This document shows, piece after piece, positions 38,343 to 48,592 of a DNA stretch of 64,000 bases; the first letter of the stretch is position 1; each line of letters opens with the position of its first letter. The position numbers were made by a program, and so were the translations under genes. The notes under the pieces were generated by a model that saw only the letters and a program-made list of their open reading frames with translations, searched no databases and had not been told where the DNA came from. This DNA comes from Chloroflexota bacterium (GTDB lineage: Bacteria; Chloroflexota; Anaerolineae; JACRMK01). The stretch is from contig JACRMK010000056.1 of assembly GCA_016235055.1 (NCBI GenBank), positions 23,359 to 87,358 on the forward strand, in the 5' to 3' direction.

Positions 38343-38912
38343 TTGGGAGTGTCAATGGCTCGGTTTCAGTCCTGGGTGCCGCGGTTATTCGTGATCAGCC
38401 TGTTCTTCCTGATCATCCATGTGCTTGACGATGCGCTCAATCTCGGCGAGCCGCGCGACTGGGGCGTCAGCGTGCCGGAATTCCTGCTGATCGTTGCCTC
38501 GCTCTACCTCATTCTGCCGCCGTTCGGTGCGCTGCTCGCCCGGCGCGGGCACCCGCTCGGATTTCTTCTCGTGATGGCATACGGGCTTCAGGCGTTCTAC
38601 GGCGCCGGGCTCAACCACCTGCGACACCTGCAGGGCGAGTTCGGCGGCGTCGGGTTGATCGGACGCCTGCTGACCTCGTTCGGCATCGACTGCCTCGCCA
38701 TGCAGGGCAAAGGCTTCGTGACCGGCGTGCTGGCCATGCTCGGATGCGGCGTCACCACGCCGCACACCCATGCCTGGTGGTCGACAGCCGTCGCCGCCAT
38801 CGATACCGTGCTGAACATTCCGCTGGTGCTGCTCTGCGCAGCCGCGCTCGTCGTCTGGGTCCGCAGTCGCGGCTCGCGCGCCGCGCTGGCCGGGGCACCG
38901 GCCTCATCGTAA
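38343..38912 (+). CDS. hypothetical integral membrane protein (about 5 TM)
   Basis: Hydrophobic 189-aa ORF with no recognisable family. Confidence 0.5.
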   Translation: MGVSMARFQSWVPRLFVISLFFLIIHVLDDALNLGEPRDWGVSVPEFLLIVASLYLILPPFGALLARRGHPLGFLLVMAYGLQAFYGAGLNHLRHLQGEFGGVGLIGRLLTSFGIDCLAMQGKGFVTGVLAMLGCGVTTPHTHAWWSTAVAAIDTVLNIPLVLLCAAALVVWVRSRGSRAALAGAPASS

Positions 38913-38931
38913 AGAACCGGGCCAAACTTCC

Positions 38932-39816
38932 ATGAGCATTCTGGCCGATGCCGGCACGCGAATCCTGATCCAGGGCATCACCGGCCGCGAAGCGGTCACG
39001 CTGGCGCAGGAATCGCTCAAATATGGCGCGCGCATCGTCGCCGGCGTCACGCCCGGGCGCGGCGGCGCCACGGTGGCCGGTGTGCCTGTCTTCGACACGA
39101 TCGAGCAGGCCTGCGCGCAGCAGCCGGTCGACGCCTCGGTCATCTCGGTACCCGCTCCGGCTGCCATGGATGCCGCGCTGGAAGCAATCGCGCACGGCAT
39201 CCGGCTCATCGTCATCGTCACCGAGCGGCTGCCCCGGCGTGACGTAGCGGTCATACTGGAAACCGCCGCGCGCGCCGGTGCGCGCATCGTCGGCCCCAAT
39301 AGCCTCGGCCTGATCGTGCCGGACGTGACACGCGTCGGCATGTGCGGCGGCTCGGCCGCCGCCGCGCGTCGCGCCTATCGGCCCGGGCGTGTCGCCGTGC
39401 TCTCGCGCAGCGGCGGCATGACCACCGAGATCGCCAGCCTGCTGACGTTGAGCGGACACGGCCAAAGCACCGCGATATCGCTCGGCGGCGATCCGCTGAT
39501 CGGCTCCACGGCGCTCGATTTGCTGCCGCTTTTCGAGGCCGACCCGCAAACCAACGCACTGGTCCTCTTCGCCGAGCCGGGCGGCACGATGGAGGAACAG
39601 TTGGCGCAGCACCTCAGCCGCCACCCGTCGCGCCTGCGCATCGTCGCGTTCGTGGCCGGGCGCTTCGCGGAGCGTATGCAGGGCGTGCGCTTCGGGCATG
39701 CCGGCAGCATCGTCGAGGGCACGCGCGGCAGCCCGCAGAAGAAGATCGACCTGCTCCGCGATGCCGGCGTCCGCGTCGCCCGCACCCTGTCGGAGATACC
39801 ATCCCTGCTCGCCTGA
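38932..39816 (+). CDS. succinyl-CoA synthetase alpha-subunit-like CoA-binding protein (stand-alone, no beta subunit adjacent)
   Basis: ILIQGITGREA, GVTPGRGG and GPNSLG motifs of the SucD fold. The phosphohistidine-region equivalent is GHAGSI. Confidence 0.8.
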   Translation: MSILADAGTRILIQGITGREAVTLAQESLKYGARIVAGVTPGRGGATVAGVPVFDTIEQACAQQPVDASVISVPAPAAMDAALEAIAHGIRLIVIVTERLPRRDVAVILETAARAGARIVGPNSLGLIVPDVTRVGMCGGSAAAARRAYRPGRVAVLSRSGGMTTEIASLLTLSGHGQSTAISLGGDPLIGSTALDLLPLFEADPQTNALVLFAEPGGTMEEQLAQHLSRHPSRLRIVAFVAGRFAERMQGVRFGHAGSIVEGTRGSPQKKIDLLRDAGVRVARTLSEIPSLLA

Positions 39817-40064
39817 TGCCGCCGCGTATGAGCCTCTTTATCCGTATTGAACTGTCGGAAGCCGCCCGCTCGCTCGGGCGCGTGGCCGCCGTCTGCCCGG
39901 TCAACATCTTCGCCGACCAGGCCGGCGCTCTCGTCGTAGTGCCGGAACGTGAGGACGAGTGCACGCTATGCGAGCTCTGCCTCGACGCCGCGCCGCCGGG
40001 CGCCATTCGCATCCACAAGCTCTACTCCGGCGCGACGTTGGAGCGCCCGGCGCCTGCCGCATGA
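39816..40064 (+). CDS. small ferredoxin-like protein (82 aa, 4 Cys: C-x22-C-x2-C-x2-C)
   Basis: Start ATG overlaps the TGA of the upstream gene (ctgATGcc). VCPVNIF...ECTLCELC. Confidence 0.45.
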   Translation: MPPRMSLFIRIELSEAARSLGRVAAVCPVNIFADQAGALVVVPEREDECTLCELCLDAAPPGAIRIHKLYSGATLERPAPAA

Positions 40065-42610
40065 CCTTCACTCGCACGCGCATGCCCCGAATGGCCGCAT
40101 GGCTTCGCGCCGAATGGCGCGACCACCGCCTGTTGTACCTGGCGTGGCTGATCTGGTTCGTCGCGTTCGCCCTGCTGGTGCGCTCCACGCTGGGCGGCCC
40201 GGACGGTACCCGCTACCTTGCTTACCTGCGCTCGCTCGTCTTCGACCGCGACCTGATTCTCACGAACGAGTTGGAACGCTTCGGTCAGCGCGTCATCATC
40301 ACCGCGACCGGCTACAGCGCACAGATCGCCAACGTCGGTATCATCCCATTCTGGCTGCCGTTCTACCTCATGGGCGTCGTCTCGGCCTGGCTCGCTGGCG
40401 ATGTCGGGTCGGGGCTGGCGTCCAACTACCAGCTCTGGCTTGATTTCGGGGATTGGCTGTACGGCCTGCTCGCCATACTGGTCATGGTTCGCTGGTTGCG
40501 CACCCGCTCGTCGGCTGGAATCGCTACGTTCGCCGTACTATTGGCCGTGCTGGGCTCCTCGTACATCTACTACATGACGGCGCTGGCGCCCAGCTACCAC
40601 ATGACGACCGCCCTGCTGTGCGCCATCTTCATCGCCATCTGGGACCGCACGCGCGGTAACCGCTCACTCGCGCAGTGGCTCGCGCTCGGCCTGCTGGCCG
40701 GGACAGCCATGAGCATCGCCCAGTACCACGCACTGCTGCTCGTCTTCCCGGCGCTCGAAACGCTTGCAGGCGCCATCGCGATCGGTCACGAGTGGCGAGT
40801 GTCCGAATTACGCCATGTCGGGTCATTGCTGCGTCAGGTCACGCCACGCCGAATCGCCGCCGGACTCGCCCTAGTGATAGGCCTCATGCTGCCGCTTGCG
40901 CCGCAATTCGTCGCCTGGGGCATCATCTTCGGCAACCCGTTCGCCAACCCGTACACGATCGACGCCAACTGGAACGCGGCGCATTTCTCGGACGTCCTGT
41001 TCTCCTCGTACCACGGCCTGTTCTTCACCGCGCCGCTGCTGTTGCTGGCCTGTCTCGGCTGGTTCGTCGGACTCCGCCGCGACTGGCCGCTCTACGGCGG
41101 CGCGCTCCTCTTTCTGGCCGGCATCACCTACAGCAGCGCCACGCGTATCGGGTTCTGGGGCGGCGTTTCATTCGGCATGCGCTACGCCATTGGCTTGACG
41201 CCCTTGTTTGCGCTCGGTCTATGCGTCTGGCTGGCGACCGTCCGCACGCGGCCACTGCACCTCGCCATCGCCGCGATCGGAGTGACGTGCGTGCTCTGGA
41301 CATACGGCTACTTCCTGCAAGCCTTTTTCGGACCGGCGTCGTTCTCGGAATACCATGCCGCCGCGCAGTGGTTAGCCAACCAGTGGCAGATCATCCGTGA
41401 CCCGTGGCCGTTCCTGACACGTCAGTTTCTGCTTCCGCGCTCGCCGACCCTGATGGCCAACCTGGCTGGCCTCGCGCTGATATCACTCGTCATCTGGCGC
41501 GCCGGTGCGGCGCTCATCGCCGCGCCGCGCCGCGCGGCCTCCGGCGTGCTTGTACTGGCGGTGGTGCCGCTCGTCTTCGCTGCCGGCCTGCTTGCGACCG
41601 TGCCTAATAACGAGGCGCGCATGGCTGTCCTGCGCGCCAACGGGTACTACGCCAAGAACTCCAATCGCGGTGAGTTTGACTGGGAACAGTTCAGCAACGA
41701 GTACGTCGAGCGCGCGCGTTATTACGACGCCATCGGCCAGCACACGTTGGCTATGCGTGACATCGCCCGCGCCTTCGAGATCTGGCCCAACAAATCACGC
41801 GTCCTGTCGAGCGGCGATGTGACGGGCCGGTTCCGTCCGGTCGGCATCACGTTCGGTGACGAAGTGGAATTGGTCGCCTATCAGACACAGCCCGACGTCA
41901 TTACGGCGGGACAACCGCTTACAGTTACCTTGCTCTGGCGCGCAGGTAAGCGACTGCCGTCCGATTACGACTCCGGCGTGCTGCTGATCGACGCGAATGG
42001 GCAGGTCAGCCAGCGCTCTCCAAGCGGACAAGGCGACGACGCATTTCCGGCCAGTTGGTGGCTGCCGGGCACGCTCATAGCCGACCGGCAGGTCATCGAT
42101 GTGTCAGCGGTCGCGCCGGCCACATTGCTAAAGCTGCGCGCTGAACTTTTCGATCCGTTCGCCAACAAGCGGCTCGCGGCACCCGCCAACGGAGTCTTTG
42201 CGGAAATCAAGCGCCCGCCGCTGCCCGGTGGACCAGCCAGCGTGGTCGGCACCCTGGGTGGCGCCGTGTCACTGATCGGCTCCCAATTCGCCCGCACGGC
42301 ATCCGGCGCGACGCTGGCCGTGACCTGGCGCGCCGACGCGCCACTGGAGCGCGACTACACGGTCTTTGTACATCTGCTGGACGCCCAGAACGCCATTATC
42401 GCACAGCACGACGCCCAGCCGCTCAAAGGCCGCTATCCGACGCATGCGTGGGCGCCCGGTGACGTTATTAACGAGACGTACGACTTTGCACTGACGCCTA
42501 CCCAGCAGGAGCGCGTGCAGAGCGCCGTGGTCGGCCTGTACACGCTATCCGACGGGCGTCGCCTGCCGGCGTCCGGCGGCGGCGATTTACTACGCATTCC
42601 GCTGCGCTAA
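40061..42610 (+). CDS. large polytopic membrane protein, GT-C/PMT-like fold with C-terminal tandem soluble repeats (putative glycosyltransferase)
   Basis: ATGA overlap with the upstream gene. More than 12 TM helices in the first 480 aa. The C-terminal 370 aa contains two related segments (LTVTLLWRAG...DYDSGVLLIDANG / LAVTWRADAPLERDYTVFVHLLDAQN). Confidence 0.55.
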   Translation: MTFTRTRMPRMAAWLRAEWRDHRLLYLAWLIWFVAFALLVRSTLGGPDGTRYLAYLRSLVFDRDLILTNELERFGQRVIITATGYSAQIANVGIIPFWLPFYLMGVVSAWLAGDVGSGLASNYQLWLDFGDWLYGLLAILVMVRWLRTRSSAGIATFAVLLAVLGSSYIYYMTALAPSYHMTTALLCAIFIAIWDRTRGNRSLAQWLALGLLAGTAMSIAQYHALLLVFPALETLAGAIAIGHEWRVSELRHVGSLLRQVTPRRIAAGLALVIGLMLPLAPQFVAWGIIFGNPFANPYTIDANWNAAHFSDVLFSSYHGLFFTAPLLLLACLGWFVGLRRDWPLYGGALLFLAGITYSSATRIGFWGGVSFGMRYAIGLTPLFALGLCVWLATVRTRPLHLAIAAIGVTCVLWTYGYFLQAFFGPASFSEYHAAAQWLANQWQIIRDPWPFLTRQFLLPRSPTLMANLAGLALISLVIWRAGAALIAAPRRAASGVLVLAVVPLVFAAGLLATVPNNEARMAVLRANGYYAKNSNRGEFDWEQFSNEYVERARYYDAIGQHTLAMRDIARAFEIWPNKSRVLSSGDVTGRFRPVGITFGDEVELVAYQTQPDVITAGQPLTVTLLWRAGKRLPSDYDSGVLLIDANGQVSQRSPSGQGDDAFPASWWLPGTLIADRQVIDVSAVAPATLLKLRAELFDPFANKRLAAPANGVFAEIKRPPLPGGPASVVGTLGGAVSLIGSQFARTASGATLAVTWRADAPLERDYTVFVHLLDAQNAIIAQHDAQPLKGRYPTHAWAPGDVINETYDFALTPTQQERVQSAVVGLYTLSDGRRLPASGGGDLLRIPLR

Positions 42611-42628
42611 TTCGCATGGGAGCCCCCT

Positions 42629-43600
42629 GTGAAACGCTACGAACTAATCACTTTCGGCGAAAATATGATCCGCCTTTCGACGCGCGACTACGAGCGGCTG
42701 GAACAGGCGCAGACGCTCGACGTCCGCCACGGCGGCACCGAAGCCAATGTCGCCGTGGGACTGGCGCGGCTGGGGCATCGCACCGCCTGGTTGTCGCGCC
42801 TGGGCGACAATGCGCTCGGACACCGGATCGAGCGCGACATTGCATCATGGGGCACGGACACCAGCCGAGTGATCTGGGCGCCCGACGAGCGCGTTGGCGT
42901 ATTCTTTCTCGAAGTAGGGGCAGGCGCGCGGGGGTCGTCGGTGCTTTATGATCGTCGCGACTCCAGCATGAGCCGCATGGGCGTCGAGACGTTCCCGTGG
43001 GAATGGCTTGCGGAGGCCGGGTGGCTGCATCTCACCGGCATCACGACGGCGATTAGCAGCAGCTGCGAGGAACTGGTGCGCGAGACGCAGCGACGCGCGC
43101 ACGAAGCCGGATTGACCGTGTCGTACGACGTGAACTACCGGGCCAAGCTCTGGACGCCGGAACGAGCGCGCGAGGTCGTCAGCCCGCTCTGCCGCGACGC
43201 CGACATCATGTTCATGAAGCATTCCGATGTGGAGCGCGTCTTCGGCATTCGCGAGGCTACCGCCGAGGATGACCTGCGCGCGCTGGCATCCCGCTTTGCG
43301 CGCAAAGTCGTGGTGATGACAGCGGGCGCGGACGGCGCGCTGGCGTTCGACCAGCAGAGCGGGCAGATCGCACGTGCCCCGGCCCACCCGCTGACGCACG
43401 TGGTCGATCGCGTCGGCGCCGGCGATGCGTTCGCGGCCGGATTCATCGCGGGTTATCTGGAGACCGGCATCGAATGCGGTCTGCGCATGGGCAACGCGAT
43501 GGCGGCGCTCAAAATGACCATTCAGGGCGACTACGCGCTCGTGTCGCGCGCCGAGGTTGACGGCCTGCTGGCCGGCAGGTCCGGCGGCATCAGCCGCTGA
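42629..43600 (+). CDS. PfkB-family sugar kinase (2-dehydro-3-deoxygluconokinase-like)
   Basis: GGTEANVAVGLARLG N-terminal motif and the C-terminal DRVGAGDAFAAGF ATP-binding motif. Confidence 0.85.
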   Translation: MKRYELITFGENMIRLSTRDYERLEQAQTLDVRHGGTEANVAVGLARLGHRTAWLSRLGDNALGHRIERDIASWGTDTSRVIWAPDERVGVFFLEVGAGARGSSVLYDRRDSSMSRMGVETFPWEWLAEAGWLHLTGITTAISSSCEELVRETQRRAHEAGLTVSYDVNYRAKLWTPERAREVVSPLCRDADIMFMKHSDVERVFGIREATAEDDLRALASRFARKVVVMTAGADGALAFDQQSGQIARAPAHPLTHVVDRVGAGDAFAAGFIAGYLETGIECGLRMGNAMAALKMTIQGDYALVSRAEVDGLLAGRSGGISR

Positions 43601-43604
43601 ACCG

Positions 43605-43892
43605 CAGCAATTCTCATTTTGGAGTCGGCTGCCAATATGCCCCCTCATCCCCTGCCCCTTCTCCCCCCGCGCGCGCGGGAGAAGGGGAAAAGCTAACGGG
43701 GAGGTGCGCGGCGGCTGCGCCGCCGCGCACCTCCCCTAAGAATCTCGCCCCCTCCAACGAAGTTGGGAGGGGGTCGGGGGAAGGGCAGCGCCACGTTTTC
43801 AGCGGGCCAGCTTGCGTGACAAGCGCCTGAGAGCCAGCGCATCGCAAGCGGCATTGGAAAGTACCCGTACAAAGCCAAATTGAGAATTGCTG
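43605..43892. mobile_element. TIR-bounded palindrome-rich miniature element, copy 3 (288 bp), flanked by a 9-bp direct repeat GCTGAACCG
   Basis: GCTGAACCG occurs at 43596-43604 (contains the TGA stop of the kinase gene) and 43893-43901. Confidence 0.7.
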
Positions 43893-43917
43893 GCTGAACC
43901 GTCGTCGCATTGACAAG

Positions 43918-43949
43918 AAAAGGCCACCATGGTGTGCATGGTGGCCTTT
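43918..43949. terminator. bidirectional terminator hairpin downstream of the HU gene
   Basis: aaaaggccaccatg-gtgtg-catggtggccttt with A-run and T-run flanks. Confidence 0.5.
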
Positions 43950-43967
43950 CGTGGCTGCGGAGTTGCG

Positions 43968-44273
43968 CTACTTCTTCTTCGCCTTCTTGCCGCCGTTCGG
44001 GCCGAGGATGGCATCCTTGGCCGCCTTCGCCACGCGGAACTTCACGACCTTCTTCGCGGCGATCTGGATCGTCTCGCCGGTCGCGGGGTTGCGGCCCACG
44101 CGGGCGGCGCGATCCTGCATCACCAGCTTGCCCAGGCCGGGCAGCGTGAAGGTGTTCTTGGCTTCCTTGTAGGCAAGCGCGGCGAGCGCCTCGAGGAACT
44201 GCGCGCTCTGCTTCTTGCTGATGCCGGTGACTTCCGCAAGCTTGGACGTGATCTGACTCTTCGTCATTGCCAT
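43968..44273 (-). CDS. hup: HU family DNA-binding protein with lysine-rich C-terminal tail
   Basis: MAMTKSQITSKLAEVTGISKKQ...RNPATGETIQIAAKKVVKFR. C-terminal GGKKAKKK. Confidence 0.9.
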   Translation of the reverse strand: MAMTKSQITSKLAEVTGISKKQSAQFLEALAALAYKEAKNTFTLPGLGKLVMQDRAARVGRNPATGETIQIAAKKVVKFRVAKAAKDAILGPNGGKKAKKK

Positions 44274-44337
44274 AGATCATTCTCCTTGTGAAAATGTTGG
44301 ATTTCTGGCCTAATTCTAGTGGTTTTTCAAAATGGAG

Positions 44338-45084
44338 TCAAGAGCGCCTGCATATTCGCCCTAAGTTGACAATTCCACATCCCAATACTACTACATATAG
44401 ACTCTGTGTCATGCGCAGGCCCCAGATGTAGATGCTTGGATCCCCGCGTGAGGCATCGATGAAAAGCATTCCGGCCGAATACATGCTTAGCGCAAATGCG
44501 GCCACGCTACCCGCGCGCCGCTCGGCGCCCCGTGCAATGATCGATGCAAGCGCACACAGCGCGGCCCAACCGGCGGCCCACAATTGCGTGGGCCAACGCG
44601 CCAAGACCACACCATAGTTGTCGCGCAATTCAAGCGCAATGTTGCTGTCGCTCGGCGCGCCATACTGGCTGCCATGCAGAAACGCGCCAACCCATGCCAT
44701 TGTGGCCAGTGTGAGCGTGGGCAGCACGGCGAGATCGAGAAGCTCGGCGACACATTCGCCGCGCCGCCGTCCCCACAGCCACAATCCGAGCACCGCCCCA
44801 CCGCTAACGCCGACGAGGCCCAACCCGCCGTCAGCAAACCAGACCATCTGCGCGGGACGCTCGACAAAGTAATCCAGGTTGGTTGCAATGTGAACGATAC
44901 GGCCGCAGCAGAGCGCAGGGAACGTCATCCATGCCGCCAGTTCAACAGCGTCTTGCGGCGAGCGCCCGGCGCGCCGCCATGCCGGCATTCCGGCAAGTAT
45001 GCCGGCCGCCATGCCACCCACGACCAGTGTCGTGAACGAAAAAAACGGAATGCCCGCGAGTTTGAACAGGAACAGCGGCTGCAT
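44338..45084 (-). CDS. lgt: prolipoprotein diacylglyceryl transferase
   Basis: 248 aa polytopic. Lgt signature region G.R.G (WGRRRGE) and overall similarity. Confidence 0.75.
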   Translation of the reverse strand: MQPLFLFKLAGIPFFSFTTLVVGGMAAGILAGMPAWRRAGRSPQDAVELAAWMTFPALCCGRIVHIATNLDYFVERPAQMVWFADGGLGLVGVSGGAVLGLWLWGRRRGECVAELLDLAVLPTLTLATMAWVGAFLHGSQYGAPSDSNIALELRDNYGVVLARWPTQLWAAGWAALCALASIIARGAERRAGSVAAFALSMYSAGMLFIDASRGDPSIYIWGLRMTQSLYVVVLGCGIVNLGRICRRS

Positions 45085-45090
45085 CCGGCC

Positions 45091-47598
45091 TCACGGACCT
45101 TTCAACTCATCGACAATCGATGCGAACACCAATCCCAGCGCGTGCGACTCCTCTTCGCTGGTGGATTCCGCGTAAATGTTGCACGTCGGGCTGTCAGGGT
45201 CCGGATGCACCAGCGCCCATGCTTCGCCCATGTCGATCCGGATGCCGTCGATCTGCTCGATCCGGTACGACTGGTACTCCTCGAGCAACCGCCGCATTAA
45301 TCGCCCGCGCGCCTCCCACGGGCAGTGCACCGACTTGTGCACGACATGGTGCGGCGGCAGCGCCGCCAGCGTATCCGCGAGGGTCGTATCGTGCACCGCC
45401 AGCAGTTCCATGAACTTTGCGGCGGCAAACATGCCGTCGATGGCGTGATGGAATGCCGGGAACACGAAGTGCCCCAGCCCGTCGGCCGCCAGCATCACAT
45501 CGGGTTGGGTGGACGCGAGCATCAGCGACGTCGGATCCATCCGGCTGCGAATCACCTGCATGTCGTGCTGCGCCGCGACGCGCTCCGCCGCCATCGACGC
45601 ATTGGCCGGCACCACCAACCGCTGACCGCGCGCCGCGCCGCGCAGGCTCAGATCGATCAGCGTCAACGCAAAGTCGCTGTCGCTAATCCGTTCGCCCCGG
45701 CCATCAATCATGAAAATACGCTCGCCGCTCACGTCGAAGCGCACGCCGAAATCCGCGCCGGTCGCGCCGGTGATGCGCGCCAGCCGCGTCAGGTCGCGGT
45801 CAAGCTCCGGGCGTGTGATCGACATGCGTTCCGGATCCAGGTAGCTGTTCAGCGTCACCACGTCGCAGCCCAGATGCTCGAACAGCGGCGGCAGCACCAG
45901 GCTCACCGGCGCATGCGCGTAATCCACGACGAGACTGAAGCGACGCGTGCGAATCGCCTGCGTGTCGATTGAGTCCATGAAGCGCCGGCCATACTGCGTG
46001 ATCACATCCGGCGCGCTGTTGATGTACCCGATATCATCCTGGTGCACGCGGCGGAAATCCTCGCGGAAGAATGCGCGCTCGATCGCCCGCTCGGTGGCAT
46101 GGTTGATCGTCAGCCCGTCTTTGTCAAAGAACTTGATGTCCACCACGCGGCGCTGGTAAGGCGACACGCGCACGTGCACGCCGCCGGCCGCGCCGGACGC
46201 GCGTGTGAAGAAGCGCGCCACCGGCACCGGCACGTTCTCGATATCGACCGCATTGACGCCGACCGACGGCAGCCCCGCGATGATCGCGCGCTTGAGCATC
46301 CGCGACGTCCGGTTCAGGTCGCGATTGACCGTCACCACGGCGCCCGTGGGATGCATGGCGCCGAACGCCGCCCCCAGCCGCGCCGCAAACTCGGGCGTCA
46401 GGTCGACGTTGACGACGCCGGTCACGCCGTAGCGCCCGAAAATGACGCGTCGCGCCTGCGAGCCCCAGATGATGGACGATTTGACGATCGCGCCTGGCTC
46501 CACCTCTTTGCCCGGCCACAACCGCACGTTGGCGTGGATGATGGCGTGCTCGCCCAGTACGCAGCCATCGCCCAGCACGGAGCCTTCGAACAGTACGGCA
46601 TTGGCCTTCAACCGGCACTGGCGACAGACCACCGCGCCGCGCACCTCCGCGCCTTCGCCGACATAGGTATTGCGCCAGATGATCGAGCGATCGACCCGCG
46701 CGTGCGAGTCGATGACGGTATCTTCGCCAATCACGGCGGGGCCATGAATGATCGCGCCATCTTTGACATTGGCGCCGCGCCCCAGAAACACCGGCCCGTA
46801 CAACTGCGCGTCGTGCGCTATCTCAACGTCATCCGCCGCCCAGATGCCGTCGCCCAGGTGCCGCCCCGGTATCGGCAACTTGATGCGACCGGCGAGATAG
46901 TCGGCATTGGCCTGAGCGTAGGTGATATGATCGCCGATGTCACACCAGTAGCCATCGGACACAAAGCCATACATGGGCCGGTCTTGCTCCAACATGATCG
47001 GGAACAGGTCCTGACTGAAGTCGAACGCCTTCTCCGGCGGTACCAGCGTCAACACGTCGGGGTCGATGACGTAGATCCCCATATTGACCGTGTCGCTCAT
47101 CACCTCGCCCCAGGTCGGCTTCTCGACAAACTGGCGAATGCGCCCATCGGGGTCGGTGATGACCACGCCGTAGTCGACCGGGTGCTGGACGCGGCTGAGG
47201 GCGACCGTCAGCGCGGATCCCTTTTCCTTGTGGAATGCCACCAGCCGGCTGAGATCGATGTCGGTGAGCGCGTCGCCGCTGATGACGAGGAATGGCTCCT
47301 CCAGCAGTTCCAGCGCCTGCCGGACCGAGCCGGCGGTGCCCAGCGGCGATTCTTCGATGAAGTAGTGAATGCGAAGGCCGAAGGCCTCGCCATCCCCGAA
47401 GTAGTTCTGGATGACGGAGGCCATGTACTGCAGGGTGATGACAACCTCCTCGACGCCGTGGCGCTTCAACAGGTCGAGGATGTGCTCCAGCACCGGTTTC
47501 TCGAGGATCGGCACCATCGGCTTGGGCCGCCCGATGGTCAACGGGCGCAAGCGCGACCCGGCTCCCCCAGCCATCACGACTGCTTTCATGCCGCTCAC
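45091..47598 (-). CDS. bifunctional sugar-1-phosphate nucleotidyltransferase (with LbH domain) / phosphomannomutase-phosphoglucomutase
   Basis: N-terminal [21 protein letters not shown]-transferase motif, a central hexapeptide repeat region and a C-terminal alpha-D-phosphohexomutase domain. Confidence 0.85.
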   Translation of the reverse strand: MSGMKAVVMAGGAGSRLRPLTIGRPKPMVPILEKPVLEHILDLLKRHGVEEVVITLQYMASVIQNYFGDGEAFGLRIHYFIEESPLGTAGSVRQALELLEEPFLVISGDALTDIDLSRLVAFHKEKGSALTVALSRVQHPVDYGVVITDPDGRIRQFVEKPTWGEVMSDTVNMGIYVIDPDVLTLVPPEKAFDFSQDLFPIMLEQDRPMYGFVSDGYWCDIGDHITYAQANADYLAGRIKLPIPGRHLGDGIWAADDVEIAHDAQLYGPVFLGRGANVKDGAIIHGPAVIGEDTVIDSHARVDRSIIWRNTYVGEGAEVRGAVVCRQCRLKANAVLFEGSVLGDGCVLGEHAIIHANVRLWPGKEVEPGAIVKSSIIWGSQARRVIFGRYGVTGVVNVDLTPEFAARLGAAFGAMHPTGAVVTVNRDLNRTSRMLKRAIIAGLPSVGVNAVDIENVPVPVARFFTRASGAAGGVHVRVSPYQRRVVDIKFFDKDGLTINHATERAIERAFFREDFRRVHQDDIGYINSAPDVITQYGRRFMDSIDTQAIRTRRFSLVVDYAHAPVSLVLPPLFEHLGCDVVTLNSYLDPERMSITRPELDRDLTRLARITGATGADFGVRFDVSGERIFMIDGRGERISDSDFALTLIDLSLRGAARGQRLVVPANASMAAERVAAQHDMQVIRSRMDPTSLMLASTQPDVMLAADGLGHFVFPAFHHAIDGMFAAAKFMELLAVHDTTLADTLAALPPHHVVHKSVHCPWEARGRLMRRLLEEYQSYRIEQIDGIRIDMGEAWALVHPDPDSPTCNIYAESTSEEESHALGLVFASIVDELKGP

Positions 47599-47690
47599 CT
47601 GTGTGCCCGTGACCTCGCGCGCGCCGGAGGTGGCACACGCGTCGATTGACCTGCGCTAATTATAGCCGATACGGGGACCGGACGCCACGG

Positions 47691-48392
47691 CTACCAGGCG
47701 ATCGGCTGCCGGTCGCGGAAGAACCTGCCCGACGGCCCATCATCCGGCAGGAGCGCCAGCCAGACGATCGTGTCGGCGCCGGTCGCCACGTCGCGCGGCG
47801 CATCCGCCCCGCCCATATCCGTGCGTACCCAGCCGGGGCAGGCGGCATTCACTTTGATGTTGGTGCCTTCCAGTTCGTTCGCCATCATGCGCGTCAGACT
47901 GTTCAGCGCAGTCTTCGAAAGCCGGTAGCCCGCGCTGCCGCCGCCCATCTCGTCGAACGCCCCCATGCCCGACGACACATTGACTACTCGGCCGTACTGC
48001 TGCCGCCGCATCAGCGGCATGAACGCCCGGATCGTCTCGTACGCACCGAACAGGTTGACCTCCAGCGTCTGGCGCACCGTGTCGAGCGGCACGTCAAAGG
48101 CGCTCTGGTCCTCGTCGATATAGATCCCCGCGTTGTTGACCAACACATCCAGCCGCCCGTATTGCTGCTCGACGATTTGCCGCGCGGCGGACACGCTCGC
48201 TGCATCGGCGACATCCAGCGGGCAGAACTCCACGTCGCACCCGCTTGCGCGCAGCGCATCCGCGGCCCGCCGACCGTCGGCTGCGCGCCGCGCCCCCAGC
48301 ACGACCTGCAGGCTGTTCGCCGCCAATTGCCGGCAAACTTCGTACCCGATACCCCGGTTGCCGCCCGTCACCAGCGCCACGCGCTTGCTCAT
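47691..48392 (-). CDS. SDR family oxidoreductase
   Basis: VTGGNRGIGYE, NNAG and Y-x3-K (YRLSKTAL). Confidence 0.85.
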   Translation of the reverse strand: MSKRVALVTGGNRGIGYEVCRQLAANSLQVVLGARRAADGRRAADALRASGCDVEFCPLDVADAASVSAARQIVEQQYGRLDVLVNNAGIYIDEDQSAFDVPLDTVRQTLEVNLFGAYETIRAFMPLMRRQQYGRVVNVSSGMGAFDEMGGGSAGYRLSKTALNSLTRMMANELEGTNIKVNAACPGWVRTDMGGADAPRDVATGADTIVWLALLPDDGPSGRFFRDRQPIAW

Positions 48393-48483
48393 GCCGCCTC
48401 CTGTTTGCCTGTCCCGGCGCGGCTCGCACCGTCGACAGATAATGAAAAAGCGACCAGATGAGCATCCGGTCGCCTACAGATCA

Positions 48484-48554
48484 GAGCGGGTGAAGGGAGT
48501 CGAACCCTCGCCGCTTGCTTGGGAAGCAAGAGCACTGCCGTTGTGCTACACCCG
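48484..48554 (-). tRNA. tRNA-Gly (anticodon CCC)
   Basis: Manual fold: acceptor GCGGGTG/CACCCGC, D-stem GCAC/GTGC, anticodon stem CTTGC/GCAAG with loop TTCCCAA, T-arm GAGGG-TTCGACT-CCCTT. CCA is not encoded. Confidence 0.85.
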
Positions 48555-48567
48555 CAGACTGATTGGT

Positions 48568-48575
48568 ATTATAAT
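48568..48575 (-). promoter_or_regulatory. palindromic extended -10 (ATTATAAT) 13 nt upstream of the tRNA-Gly 5' end
   Basis: ggtATTATAATgcg. The octamer is its own reverse complement, so TATAAT reads on the minus strand. Confidence 0.35.
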
Positions 48576-48592
48576 GCGCTGGTTGGCGAACG

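Noticed and set aside
43693-44280. 195-aa minus-strand ORF spanning hup and the repeat
   Set aside because: Different frame from the clearly conserved HU protein (43968..44273). Translated through the MITE.
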